Position numbers and translations under genes: made by a program
Shown here: one piece after another, positions 19,539 through 29,154 of the stretch
Layout of the letters: each line of letters begins with the position of its first letter
How positions within the stretch are numbered: position 1 is the first letter of the stretch
Assembly (NCBI GenBank): GCA_963798345.1
Contig: CAWCSW010000020.1
Location: 8,855-72,854 of the forward strand
Length of the DNA stretch: 64,000 bases
Reading direction: 5' to 3'
From: an uncultured Verrucomicrobiae bacterium
Lineage (GTDB): Bacteria > Verrucomicrobiota > Verrucomicrobiia > Chthoniobacterales > Chthoniobacteraceae
The notes under the pieces: model-generated
Told to the model about the DNA's origin: nothing
What the model saw: the letters and a program-made list of their open reading frames with translations, nothing else
Databases searched by the model: none

Positions 19539-20030
19539 CTACGCTTTAGCGGCGACGTTGATTCCCGATTCCGCGAGGTTCGTCAGCTTTTTGTCCGTTG
19601 CCCCTTCTTCATCCAGCGTGATCTGCAGAATGGCCGCCGCCTCCTTTTCTCCGAGGACTTTAGCGTATGTCCGCGCGCACCCGTAGCCGGCCATTTCATA
19701 GTGCTCGACTCGCTGTGCCGAAGCGATCAGCCCGGCGTCGCGCACTTCTTCATCGGCTTCCTCCTCGACCATTTCCGCACCTTCGGCGAGCAAACCCTCC
19801 ATACCCTTGCACTTTGGCCCCCGGACGCTCGAATGAAGTTTCGCCAGAATTTTTTCCAAGCGTTGTACGTGTTCCTTGGTTTCTTCCAGGTGCTGGCTGA
19901 AACCAGCAGCCAGATCCTTATTGGAGGCTGCCTTCACCATCTTTGGGAGTGCCTTGAGAATTTGCTTTTCAGCGCTGTAGAGGTCTTTCAGTTCGTGAAT
20001 ATAGAGGTCTTTGAGAGTTTCGAGTTTCAT
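19539..20030 (-). CDS. YciF/DUF892 ferritin-like stress protein
   Basis: MKLETLKDLYIHELKDLYSAEKQILKALPKM... is the hallmark N-terminus of the DUF892 (YciF) ferritin-like family. Start taken at the internal ATG at 20030. Confidence 0.75.
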   Translation of the reverse strand: MKLETLKDLYIHELKDLYSAEKQILKALPKMVKAASNKDLAAGFSQHLEETKEHVQRLEKILAKLHSSVRGPKCKGMEGLLAEGAEMVEEEADEEVRDAGLIASAQRVEHYEMAGYGCARTYAKVLGEKEAAAILQITLDEEGATDKKLTNLAESGINVAAKA

Positions 20031-20348
20031 AAGCACCTGTCTATCGCAACATGCCACGGAGCCGGTCGCATACTAAATACCGACGTATCTAGTGGTCCGT
20101 TTGTGTTGGAATCCGCCGAAGGAGGGCGAATGCATTTGGCCGACGCAAAACAATATCAGCTCGCACTACACGCAGGAGAAGCGAGCAGGTGGATCTCGCG
20201 ATGAAAATCGTCCGACAACGAGAGGAAACGTCAGAACGACCGCTGCACCGAATGGACGGGCTACCTCCTCGTGGTTTCACGCCGCTCGGCATCTCCGTTA
20301 AACAGAATACGTGAATCGGGGGCTGCGTGTGGATTCCGTCGGCAGGCC

Positions 20349-22376
20349 TTACGGCGCTGTCCTCACCCAGCAACGCAGAACTTCAGCGACGCTCCAAGCC
20401 TGTGCAATGCAGGCGCGTGGCGTGAACGGAGATTCCGCGTCGAATACTTCGCTGATTGAACCGACGCAACCGTGGTCGAGATGTTCGGTAAGGCCGCCGA
20501 GGAAATGCCGCGCGCCTTGGTGATCTTCCGGATGGACCTTAAGCCAGGCATCAACGAAGGGACCGATGAGCCAACCCCAAACCGTCCCTTGATGGTAGGC
20601 AGCGTCCCGGGCCCGCAAGTCTCCGAAGTAGCGCGACTTGAAGTCGGGATGCCCCGGCGAGAGGGTGCGCAGACCGACCGGGGTGAGCAGTTCGGTCCGG
20701 ACTTTCGTCACCACCGCCGACCAATGCGCCTCCTCAAGCACCGGATGACGCAGCGAGATGGCAAAGATTTGATTGGGACGGCACGCGGAATCGTCGCCCT
20801 GTTCGCCATCGACGACGTCGAATAAGTATCCGTGTTTCTCGGACCAGAAGCGGCGATTGAAAGATTCCCTACACTGGAGGGCATGCTCCGTATAAGTCTT
20901 CGCGGCATCGCCTTCGAGCCACCCAGAGAGGAGGCGGAGCGCATTGTAATAGAGCGCATTGACCTCGACGGCCTTTCCTCGACGCGGTGTCACGACCCAG
21001 CCATCCACCTTCGCGTCCATCCAGGTGAGTTGATAACCTACTTCACCTTGTTGCAAAAGTCCGTCCGTGGGATCGACTCGAATGCCGAAGCGCGTGCCGC
21101 GCATATGGTGTTCGATGATCTCCACGAGCTTCGGCAGAAGCGCGTCAAGCGTGGCACGGTCGCCGGTTATTTCGACATATCGATCGAGCGCGTGGAAGAA
21201 CCAAAGTGTCGCATCTGCGGTATGGTACAGCCCCTCGGACTTGCCTTCGGGGAACAGATTCGGAATTAATCCATCGCGAATGTAGTGACCGAAAGTGCGC
21301 AGAATCCACGCGGCTTCCGCGTGGCGGCCCGTGGTGAGGGTCAAGCCCTCGAGGCTAATCATTGTGTCGCGGCCCCAATCAGTAAACCAATGATAGCCGG
21401 CGATGACCGTCCGCACTTCGTCGCCGGCGGCTCGGGCTCTCGCCGCATCCTCGATCCGGCCCGCCGGCGCGATAATGAACTGGTCAGCGGCCAGGACGAG
21501 TTCCGCGCCGAGTTCCGTCTGCGCTTCCGGGGCAGCTGCGCGAATGAGGCGCTCCCGCCGCGCCAGGTCCGCGCGCTGCGCTTCGTCGGGATCGAGGGCG
21601 AGGATCTTCGACCACTCTTCAGTGGAAGCGATGAGAGTGACCGCACGCTCGGGGCGGAGTTCGACGGTAAAAAAACCCGGACTCCACAAGAGTCCGCGCG
21701 ATGAATAGCCGCGGTCGGCTTCAGTCTGATAGGTGATTTCGCTGATCCGACCACCTTCGTGGATGAAATGCGCGCGCTCGTCATGGACGCACAGGCGAAG
21801 CGGGTGAGGATACTGTTGAGTGAATACCTCATATTGACGCTCGCGGATGAGCAACGAGTAGGTTTCCGAAAGCGGTCCGCCAACATCGTTTTCGTGCGGG
21901 CGGAAATTGACGGAGGGTCTCAATGCGAGTTGGGCGTAATCGGCACCCGAGAGCAACCGATACGCGATGTGTACCGTGTTTTGCCCGTGCACCAGCAGCA
22001 ACGATTTTTCGATCACGCATCCATCCGCTTCGTAGGTCCAGACCGGCAGGCCGTTCTCGAGACGAAACTCCTTCACGTAATGACTCTCCGCCGCGTCATC
22101 CGCCGCCTCCAGCGGTTCATCGCCACCGAGAAGGAAACTGCGACCGTTCGCCCCGCGCAGATGTTCCGAGAGATGATTGAGCATGACCATGCGCCCGAAC
22201 GGCGCAGGGAGCGCCGCCACCAACAGACCATGATAGCGGCGCGAGACGGCCCCGCAAATTGTACCCGATCCATAACCACCGAGCCCGTTGGTGATAAGCC
22301 ATTCGCGCCGCAGTATTTCCCGCGCATGATGGGCTTGGGCATCGGCAATGTCGATGCGCCGGATGAGCTTGTTCAT
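20349..22376 (-). CDS. Glycogen debranching enzyme (GDE N-terminal domain plus amylo-alpha-1,6-glucosidase C-terminal domain)
   Basis: 675 aa. N-terminal ITNGLGGYGSGTICGAVSRRYHGLLVAALP matches the bacterial/archaeal GDE family. The start overlaps the TreZ stop by 4 nt, so the two form an operon. Confidence 0.8.
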   Translation of the reverse strand: MNKLIRRIDIADAQAHHAREILRREWLITNGLGGYGSGTICGAVSRRYHGLLVAALPAPFGRMVMLNHLSEHLRGANGRSFLLGGDEPLEAADDAAESHYVKEFRLENGLPVWTYEADGCVIEKSLLLVHGQNTVHIAYRLLSGADYAQLALRPSVNFRPHENDVGGPLSETYSLLIRERQYEVFTQQYPHPLRLCVHDERAHFIHEGGRISEITYQTEADRGYSSRGLLWSPGFFTVELRPERAVTLIASTEEWSKILALDPDEAQRADLARRERLIRAAAPEAQTELGAELVLAADQFIIAPAGRIEDAARARAAGDEVRTVIAGYHWFTDWGRDTMISLEGLTLTTGRHAEAAWILRTFGHYIRDGLIPNLFPEGKSEGLYHTADATLWFFHALDRYVEITGDRATLDALLPKLVEIIEHHMRGTRFGIRVDPTDGLLQQGEVGYQLTWMDAKVDGWVVTPRRGKAVEVNALYYNALRLLSGWLEGDAAKTYTEHALQCRESFNRRFWSEKHGYLFDVVDGEQGDDSACRPNQIFAISLRHPVLEEAHWSAVVTKVRTELLTPVGLRTLSPGHPDFKSRYFGDLRARDAAYHQGTVWGWLIGPFVDAWLKVHPEDHQGARHFLGGLTEHLDHGCVGSISEVFDAESPFTPRACIAQAWSVAEVLRCWVRTAP

Positions 22377-24328
22377 CGGTCCAACGGTTTGGGCACGAGC
22401 AACAGTCCAGACTCAGCAGGCAAGTGCCAGTTTTCCTCGGAATCGACCGGCGGAGTGCCACCGCCACCGTAACGCGGATCCTCACTCGACCACGCCACTT
22501 GCCACTGGCAACCGAGTGGCGGCGCGAGCAGCGGCTCCGGCGCAGGATCGAGATGCAGATGCGGACCGAGGTTGATGACCAGCAGGCGGTCATCCTGCGC
22601 ACGTCCGAAAAACCGGAGCACCAAAGCGGTATCACCAAGCACGGCACCGTCGTAGGAGCCGCGGGGAGATTTCCCCAAGAGTGGATCAACTTTGCGCACC
22701 TGTAACAAATCGCAATGGAGATGCCAGATTTCGGCGTGCCGCTCACGATCCGTGAAGTCGAGTTTGGAGCGGTGGAAAGTGTCCTCGGAATCCGGGTTCG
22801 GCAACAGCATTTCGGTGTCTTCCGAGGCGATGCTTGCGAACTGTTTCAGAAACTCCCTCCGGCCGCGACCCACCGCTTTCGCAAGGTCGGGATGATGATC
22901 CGCGAAGTAAAGGAAAGGTGAGGTGGCCGCGAATTCCTGGCCCTGAAATAGCATCGGCGTATTCGGTCCGAGAAGGAGCAGTGTGGTCAGAGCGCGGAGT
23001 CGACCCGGACTGGTAATCGTGTGGATGCGGCGGCCCGCGAGCGAGTTCGCGATCTGGTCATGGTTTTGCAGGAAGTTCACGAAGTTCGCCGGAACGAGAT
23101 CGAAGCCCGGCGAGCCGCGCCGGGCCTTCTGCCATTTGTAACGCTGGCCCTGGTAGAGGAATCCCCACTTCGCCGCCGAGATGAACTCCTGCGGCGAGCC
23201 GTGGTAGTCAGTATAGTACGCTTCGTTACGCCCCGTCATGGCGACGATGGCGGCGTGATGGAAATCATCGTTCCACAATGCATCGAGGCCGATCCCCCCA
23301 TCCTCAGGCGAACGCACAAGATGTGGGTGCTGCGGCTCATTCTCCCCGACAAGATAAGCCGACCGCCCACCGGCCGCTTCGCGCACCTTCCGCGCGATAG
23401 CGGCCAGCAGATGATCCGGAGACGCATCGAAGATTTGCTGGGTGGCATCGAGCCGCAAACCATCGAGATGAAACTCGTCGATCCAGTAACCCGCGTTGGC
23501 GATGATCAGTTCGCGCACCGGACCGCTGTGTTCGCGGTCAAAGTTCAGCGCTTCGCCCCACTCATTCTCGTACCTCGCACTAAAATAATGCGGCGAAAAC
23601 TCCTTCGCGAAATTCCCATCCGGTCCGAGGTGATTATAGACCACGTCGAGGACGACGCCGAGTCCGAGCGCGTGCGCCGAATCCACAAATCTTCGGAAAT
23701 CATCCGGCTCCCCATAGAGCCGTGTCGGCGCAAAAAGATTCACGCCGTCATAGCCCCACCCGAAACGTCCGACGAAATCCGCGACGGGCATCACTTCGAG
23801 CAAGGTTACGCCGAGTTCAGCGAGTCGGCGCAACTCAGTCGTCGCGGCCGCCCAGGTGCCTTCGCGGGTGAAAGTTCCGACGTGCATTTCATAAATCACC
23901 TGACCGGCGCGCGTGACACCGCGCCATTCCGCATCCGACCAAGTAAAAGCACCCGGGTCGACGATCTGAGAGGGCCCGTGCGGGCCCGCTGGCTGAAAGC
24001 GAGAGGCCATATCCGGAAAGGCGCCGCTGTCGAGCTGATACCGATACGTCATCCCGGCGCGAGCGTCCTCGCTCCAGCCCACCCAATAGCCCTCGCCATC
24101 CGGAGCGAGCGACTTCTCCTCCGCGCCATCCCCTTCTTCGAGAACCACGGCAACGCGCTTCGAAACCGGCGCCCAGACACGGAAATGCACGCCGCCATCG
24201 GACTGCACTTCAGCGCCGACGGGCAATCGGCGGGTGGCGGGCGGGCGCGCAGAGCAATGCGGCGGTTTCATCGAACTGACATCGCGCACAGAAACTTCCA
24301 CGGATGCCGTCATTTCTGGCTGGCCCAT
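22373..24328 (-). CDS. treZ: Malto-oligosyltrehalose trehalohydrolase (TreZ, GH13)
   Basis: N-terminal VHFRVWAP...YRYQLDSGAFPD...QIVDPGAFTWSDAEW and GH13 catalytic regions (GLGVVLDVVYNH, GLRLDA). Length 651 aa. Confidence 0.85.
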   Translation of the reverse strand: MGQPEMTASVEVSVRDVSSMKPPHCSARPPATRRLPVGAEVQSDGGVHFRVWAPVSKRVAVVLEEGDGAEEKSLAPDGEGYWVGWSEDARAGMTYRYQLDSGAFPDMASRFQPAGPHGPSQIVDPGAFTWSDAEWRGVTRAGQVIYEMHVGTFTREGTWAAATTELRRLAELGVTLLEVMPVADFVGRFGWGYDGVNLFAPTRLYGEPDDFRRFVDSAHALGLGVVLDVVYNHLGPDGNFAKEFSPHYFSARYENEWGEALNFDREHSGPVRELIIANAGYWIDEFHLDGLRLDATQQIFDASPDHLLAAIARKVREAAGGRSAYLVGENEPQHPHLVRSPEDGGIGLDALWNDDFHHAAIVAMTGRNEAYYTDYHGSPQEFISAAKWGFLYQGQRYKWQKARRGSPGFDLVPANFVNFLQNHDQIANSLAGRRIHTITSPGRLRALTTLLLLGPNTPMLFQGQEFAATSPFLYFADHHPDLAKAVGRGRREFLKQFASIASEDTEMLLPNPDSEDTFHRSKLDFTDRERHAEIWHLHCDLLQVRKVDPLLGKSPRGSYDGAVLGDTALVLRFFGRAQDDRLLVINLGPHLHLDPAPEPLLAPPLGCQWQVAWSSEDPRYGGGGTPPVDSEENWHLPAESGLLLVPKPLDR

Positions 24329-24524
24329 GCACTCCCTCAGTGCATCGCACGCAATTCCACGGCGAAATCAATTTCGAGGACAAGAGTGCGCTCGTCCCCG
24401 GGCGCTGCTGCGGCATACCGAGGACATCACGGGCGCGACCCTTGTGGGATATTGGGGGCTTACTTTGAATGATGCGGAGCAATCGCCCGTCCGCCGAGTC
24501 GACGGCGCGCGATGGATAAGGACA

Positions 24525-25103
24525 ATGAACGCACCCAAGTTAGATACGCGTGTCGCCATTCTCGCCACGGATGGATTTGAACAGGCGGAATTGGAAGAGC
24601 CGATGAAGGCGCTCCGCGAAGCTGGCGCGAAGGTCAGCGTCGTGTCGCCGAATTCAGGAACAATCCAAGGAATGCACCACGCAGAGAAGGGAGAGCGATT
24701 CGCGGTCGACCTCGTTTTGGAAAACGCAAACGCAGACGACTTCGACGCGCTCTTTCTACCCGGCGGGCTTATGAACCCAGACGAGCTGCGCTCGACGCCC
24801 GAAGCGGTGGCCTTCACGCGCGCCTTCGCCGAAGCCGGCAAGCCGATCGCCGCCATATGCCACGGACCATGGGTATTGATCGAAGCGGGCATCGTGCGCG
24901 GCCGCCGACTCACTTCTTGGCCTGCAATTCAGACCGACATCAAGAATGCCGGCGGCGATTGGGTCGACGAGGAAGTGGTGGTCGATAACGGCCTCGTAAC
25001 AAGCCGAAAACCCGAAGATATTCCGGCCTTCAATGCGAAGATGATCGAAGCATTTCAGGAGGGTCTGGACCCCGCTATGGCAGCCTTGCTCGCCGTCATT
25101 TAA
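24525..25103 (+). CDS. DJ-1/PfpI-family protein (class I glutamine amidotransferase-like; general stress protein 18-like)
   Basis: VAILATDGFEQAELEEP...AAICHGPWVLIEAG gives the nucleophile elbow Cys-His. ATG at 24525. The ORF-track upstream extension is non-homologous. Confidence 0.85.
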   Translation: MNAPKLDTRVAILATDGFEQAELEEPMKALREAGAKVSVVSPNSGTIQGMHHAEKGERFAVDLVLENANADDFDALFLPGGLMNPDELRSTPEAVAFTRAFAEAGKPIAAICHGPWVLIEAGIVRGRRLTSWPAIQTDIKNAGGDWVDEEVVVDNGLVTSRKPEDIPAFNAKMIEAFQEGLDPAMAALLAVI

Positions 25104-25742
25104 CCGACTCCATGGCCTTGATGCAGCGTCATCAGGAAGCGCCTCCGGCCGGGGAAAAGTATCCTAATAACTGAGATCCGACACACCCCAATGAGTCCGC
25201 GCTTCATTCGGACTGATACCAGGCCCAACAACCTTCGCAACTTCGGGCGGCAAATGCCGCCATGTTGCCGTTTGGATCAAGCGGATGCGAAGGACTTCTT
25301 CGCCGGATGAAGGTCCTTGATCCGGGGGATTACCCTACCCACATGATGAAGCCGATGAGCGAGGTTCTCGGGAGGTACCGAAATTTCCGCGCGGCGTGGA
25401 TTCTCACGTCTACGCTGGACTCGCGGGAAGGCGGAACGGGACCGATGTATCAGGTGCTGATCCTGATGGAACCACGCAGCCAGGCTATCTTCCGCGAACT
25501 TCATCTGGTGGCACAGGCCTCACGCCGCGATGGAGATGATCTCCGGCTCGAATTGATCGATGAAAAGGATTCCCGATGTATCGTAGATCTATTGTCACGC
25601 GCCGCGACGTTCCACCAGGCCGCGGATTTCTCGCTGCCGGCTGATGTCAGGACGCCAGCGCCGGGCGCTAATTAATCTTCGCCCACGGCATAAATTTCTA
25701 TTTAGGCACGACCAAACGCATTGGCCTATGCGTAATCGAGGC

Positions 25743-25928
25743 ATGACTAAGCTACAATTAAAAGGCAACTGGAACGAGATCAAAGGCAAGCTAAAGCAAA
25801 AATATGCTGACCTCACAGACGATGACCTAATCTTTGCGGAGGGCAAGGAGGAGGAACTCCTCGGCCGCCTGCAGCAGCGGCTCGGCAAGAGCAAGGGAGA
25901 GGTCCGCCGCGAGATCGAAGAATTCTAA
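25743..25928 (+). CDS. csbD: CsbD-family general stress protein
   Basis: [29 protein letters not shown]... is the CsbD signature. ATG at 25743. A hairpin at 25950..25983 sits downstream. Confidence 0.8.
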   Translation: MTKLQLKGNWNEIKGKLKQKYADLTDDDLIFAEGKEEELLGRLQQRLGKSKGEVRREIEEF

Positions 25929-25949
25929 CCCTCCCCTTCAAGCCAGGCT

Positions 25950-25983
25950 CCGCAGTCGCATTCGTTTGAATGTGCGGCTGCGG
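25950..25983 (+). terminator. Candidate stem-loop terminator after csbD
   Basis: CCGCAG...CTGCGG stem with inner CGCATTC/AATGTGCG pairing, followed by a U-containing tract (aattgctctgttcattt). Not a textbook T-run. Confidence 0.3.
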
Positions 25984-26391
25984 AATTGCTCTGTTCATTT
26001 CAATGCCTCAAATGCCGCGCAAGAAGAAACGGATGAAGCCACTTCCGGAACAGCCGCGGCAACCGGGCTCGGAGGAGAAGATGAAGCCCTGGGCCGAGAC
26101 TTCGATCAAGGCCGCGGAGAGGGCTTCGCTGATTCCGGCGACGTTTCCCGATGAGAAGGTCGAGACATTTGGCTCCGACGTGCTGCCTGGGGATGCTTCC
26201 AATCGGTTCGGTACGTGTGATCACCGAGAGATTGGACTTATGGGCGGAATCGGGTGGGAATTTCCTGCAAATTAAACTTAACGCCTCAGGTTTAGTCGTC
26301 CCATTGCTTGGGGGAAAATGCGCGAGGTGATGCTTTCATCCATCTGCGGAGGCGAGCGGGTGCGATTGCCAGTCACCGCCCCCAGCCGCTC

Positions 26392-27696
26392 ATGAGCAAA
26401 GCTTCTCACCCAAAACACCGTCTCTGGCGACTGATTTTACTGGTTTTCCTGAGCCTGGTCATGGTGCTGGCTGCAGTTGCTGTCTTCGGCCTCATCTTCC
26501 TCCGGCGGACGGTAATGAACTATCGTTCAGAGCACGATTTTTCGACCCGCGATCCGGCGTTCTTTGCCTCCGCGCATGCCCTCGCGGACCCGCTGCCTCT
26601 GGAAGGCAATTCCATTCAGCTGCTCCACAACGGCGATGAGATTTTCCCGGCCATGCTCCGGGCCATTCGGGCTGCGCGGGCGAGCGTGAACTTCGAGGCG
26701 TTCCTCTTCAATTCTGATGCCGTCGGCGTGCAGTTTCACGATGCGCTGTGCGAGCGGGCGCGCGCCGGCGTGCGCGTGCGCGTGCTGCTCGATGGCGTCG
26801 GCTCCGGCGCGGAGTTTTCCGATGAGGATGAAGCGGCCTTCCGCCAGGCGGGATGCGCCTTCGCCTACTATCATCCCACGCATTCATGGCGCGTGGATAA
26901 ACTCAACCGCCGCACCCATCGGCGCGTCCTCGTGATAGATGGGAAAATCGGTTTTACCGGCGGCGCCGGCTTTGCCAATAACTGGGCGGGCAACGCGGAC
27001 TCACCGGATCATTGGCGCGACGTGCATGCGCGCCTCGAGGGACCGATCGTGGCGAAGCTTCAGGGCGCATTTCAGCAGCATTGGGCAAAAGCCACCGGCG
27101 AGACGCTCAGTGGCGCTGCGGAGTTTCCACCGCTCCCACCGGCCGGGAAGCTGCGAATGCAGCTCATCGCGTCACATTCCTTCTCGGCCTCCCCGATTTC
27201 TCTCGTCCAAGCCGTTGCCTTTGCTTCCGCGCAGAAGACCATCTTCATCACCAATGCCTACTGCGCGCCGAGCCAAAATCAGGTCGATCTCCTCGTCGCG
27301 GCCGCCGCGCGCGGGGTCGTTGTGCGGGTGCTGATTCCTGGCCGACACAATGATCAACCAATGACGAAGTCCGCCGGTCGCGGCGCCTACGGCGATTTGC
27401 TCAAGGGCGGTGTGAAAATATTCGAATATGAACCGACCATGATTCATACGAAAACCATCGTCGTGGATGGGCTGTTCGCGATGATCGGCTCGTCGAATTT
27501 CGATGCCCGATCAACTCAGATCAATGAGGAACTGGATGTAACGATCTACGATGAAGGCTTCGGTCGGGAGATGGATGGGGTCTTTCAGCGCGATCTGCAG
27601 CACGCCAAACCTTACCGCTTGGAAGAATTCCAGAAGCGTTCGGCATGGGAGCGCTTTTCGGAAGCGATTGTGGCTCCGCTCGCGCCGCTCCTTTAG
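26392..27696 (+). CDS. Cardiolipin synthase / phospholipase-D-family protein (two HKD-type motifs)
   Basis: N-terminal TM (LILLVFLSLVMVLAAVAVFGLIFL). Motif 1 reads HRRVLVIDG, that is HxR rather than HxK. Motif 2 HTKTIVVDG...GSSNFD is canonical. Cls-like length. ATG at 26392. Confidence 0.75.
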   Translation: MSKASHPKHRLWRLILLVFLSLVMVLAAVAVFGLIFLRRTVMNYRSEHDFSTRDPAFFASAHALADPLPLEGNSIQLLHNGDEIFPAMLRAIRAARASVNFEAFLFNSDAVGVQFHDALCERARAGVRVRVLLDGVGSGAEFSDEDEAAFRQAGCAFAYYHPTHSWRVDKLNRRTHRRVLVIDGKIGFTGGAGFANNWAGNADSPDHWRDVHARLEGPIVAKLQGAFQQHWAKATGETLSGAAEFPPLPPAGKLRMQLIASHSFSASPISLVQAVAFASAQKTIFITNAYCAPSQNQVDLLVAAAARGVVVRVLIPGRHNDQPMTKSAGRGAYGDLLKGGVKIFEYEPTMIHTKTIVVDGLFAMIGSSNFDARSTQINEELDVTIYDEGFGREMDGVFQRDLQHAKPYRLEEFQKRSAWERFSEAIVAPLAPLL

Positions 27697-27751
27697 CAGG
27701 CAAAGTTAGCCGCTCGTAGTCCACCCCGAAAATCATCGGCGGATGTGCGGA

Positions 27752-28084
27752 CTAGCCCTTTTCGGAAAATTTGCGCGGCGTCACCACGGGCTGCACCATC
27801 TGCCAAACCTTGGCAGCGCCGTAAATTAGCCCAACGGGTTTCAGCAAAGTGAGGAGTACTCGGATCACTGCACCAAGGATTCCCTTGAGAGGTAACATAC
27901 GCAGGAAGTAGCCAGCGCCCACGGCGCACAACAATGCTTTCTCGGGCTGGAGCTGCGCGTAAGCAACCGCATCTTTTACCGAGCTTTCCACTCCAGCTCG
28001 AGCAGCGTGGTAATTCTCGGCGATGAAACCTTCTGGATTCTCCAACGCAGACGAAAACGTCACTGGGGATTTATTGCCTTTCAC
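27752..28084 (-). CDS. DUF883/ElaB-like membrane-anchored stress protein (tentative)
   Basis: 110 aa. Hydrophilic N-terminus followed by a C-terminal hydrophobic segment (LLCAVGAGYFLRMLPLKGILGAVI). Confidence 0.4.
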   Translation of the reverse strand: MKGNKSPVTFSSALENPEGFIAENYHAARAGVESSVKDAVAYAQLQPEKALLCAVGAGYFLRMLPLKGILGAVIRVLLTLLKPVGLIYGAAKVWQMVQPVVTPRKFSEKG

Positions 28085-28087
28085 TGG

Positions 28088-28375
28088 CTAGTCGCAGTTG
28101 AGTTTCTTGCCCCAGCGTCTGGCCATTTTCCGTGCCCGCTCGGCGTAGTCATTCTGTTCCTCGTGGGCCACGCAGTAGCCCACGAACACTCCGAAGAGGA
28201 AGCCAATGCCGAAAATGCCCAGCACAGACGTACCGGGATTGTCGCGAACGTAACGCTCCCCGGTCTGCAACGCTTCATCAGCCTTTTCGCGCGTTGTTTC
28301 CCATGCTTGACTGGCCGATTCGGTGACTTTAGCTGTCGTGTCCGGGTTGAAAGGGATTTGGTTTTCAGGATTCAT
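28088..28375 (-). CDS. DUF883/ElaB/YqjD-like membrane-anchored stress protein
   Basis: 95 aa. RDNPGTSVLGIFGIGFLFGVFVG C-terminal TM, typical of ElaB/YqjD-type ribosome-associated stress proteins. Confidence 0.5.
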   Translation of the reverse strand: MNPENQIPFNPDTTAKVTESASQAWETTREKADEALQTGERYVRDNPGTSVLGIFGIGFLFGVFVGYCVAHEEQNDYAERARKMARRWGKKLNCD

Positions 28376-28706
28376 GGCGTGAGTGCAGTGAGTTTATTCG
28401 GCGGGGGCGAGGTTTCGTGGAGGACCTGGCGAGGCTGGTCAGCGCCAAGTCGGCGGACGCTTCCCCGTCGAGGGATGTTTGCAGAGCTTCGAGCAGGATC
28501 ACCGCTCCGATGATCGACGCGATGTAGCCGGCGGGCTCGCCATCGGCATACCACCCGAGGCAGGCTCCGACGGAGTGCGCCATGAATGAAGCCGCCATGC
28601 CGAGGAGGATAGTAATGATCCATCCGCCCGCATATTTGCCGGGGATGAAAAACTTGGCGGTGGCTCCCACGATAAGGCCAATGATGATTGCGCTGATGAT
28701 TGCCAT
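28365..28706 (-). CDS. GlsB/YeaQ/YmgE-family stress-response membrane protein
   Basis: MAIISAIIIGLIVGATAKFFIPGKYAGGWIITILLGMAASFMAHSVGACLGW matches the transglycosylase-associated (YeaQ/YmgE) signature. Confidence 0.7.
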   Translation of the reverse strand: MAIISAIIIGLIVGATAKFFIPGKYAGGWIITILLGMAASFMAHSVGACLGWYADGEPAGYIASIIGAVILLEALQTSLDGEASADLALTSLARSSTKPRPRRINSLHSRHES

Positions 28707-29154
28707 AAATTGATCGGGGTCGTCACCGAAAGTTATCGGGACAATGATTCAGGTTGGGCGGGTAAGTTTTTGGAATTTTTTGTTGCCCCAAGTTTTCCCG
28801 ACCCGCCCGCGGATAGCAGGAAGATCGTGCCGCTTGAGGATTCGGCGGGGATTCGTCACGCGTATTCAGATCCTTCCCCCGCTGCGTCGGCTCCATCGTC
28901 GCGTCCATTCTTGGTTTTGCTGAAGCTCATCGCAATCGTACGCGGATGCGGAGTAGCGCTTAATCCTCAGCTATAGTCAGCTCCGCGCCGCCGCCTCAAG
29001 CGCAGTATCAGATCTGACCAGCTTTTCGACCTTTGAACCGGGAACATTGTGAATCGAGATCTTAGCAGACTCTCCAGTTATGGGGTTCGGCGAACGATGA
29101 GGACAATTTAAGAATCGTCCCCCACAGTTTTCTCGCCATCGTCTCAAACTGTCC

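Noticed and set aside
19392-20204. 270-aa plus-strand ORF
   Set aside because: Antisense to yciF. No recognisable features.
25262-25675. 137-aa ORF between the DJ-1 gene and csbD
   Set aside because: No recognisable family and an ambiguous start. It could be a real small stress protein, but the sequence alone does not support calling it.
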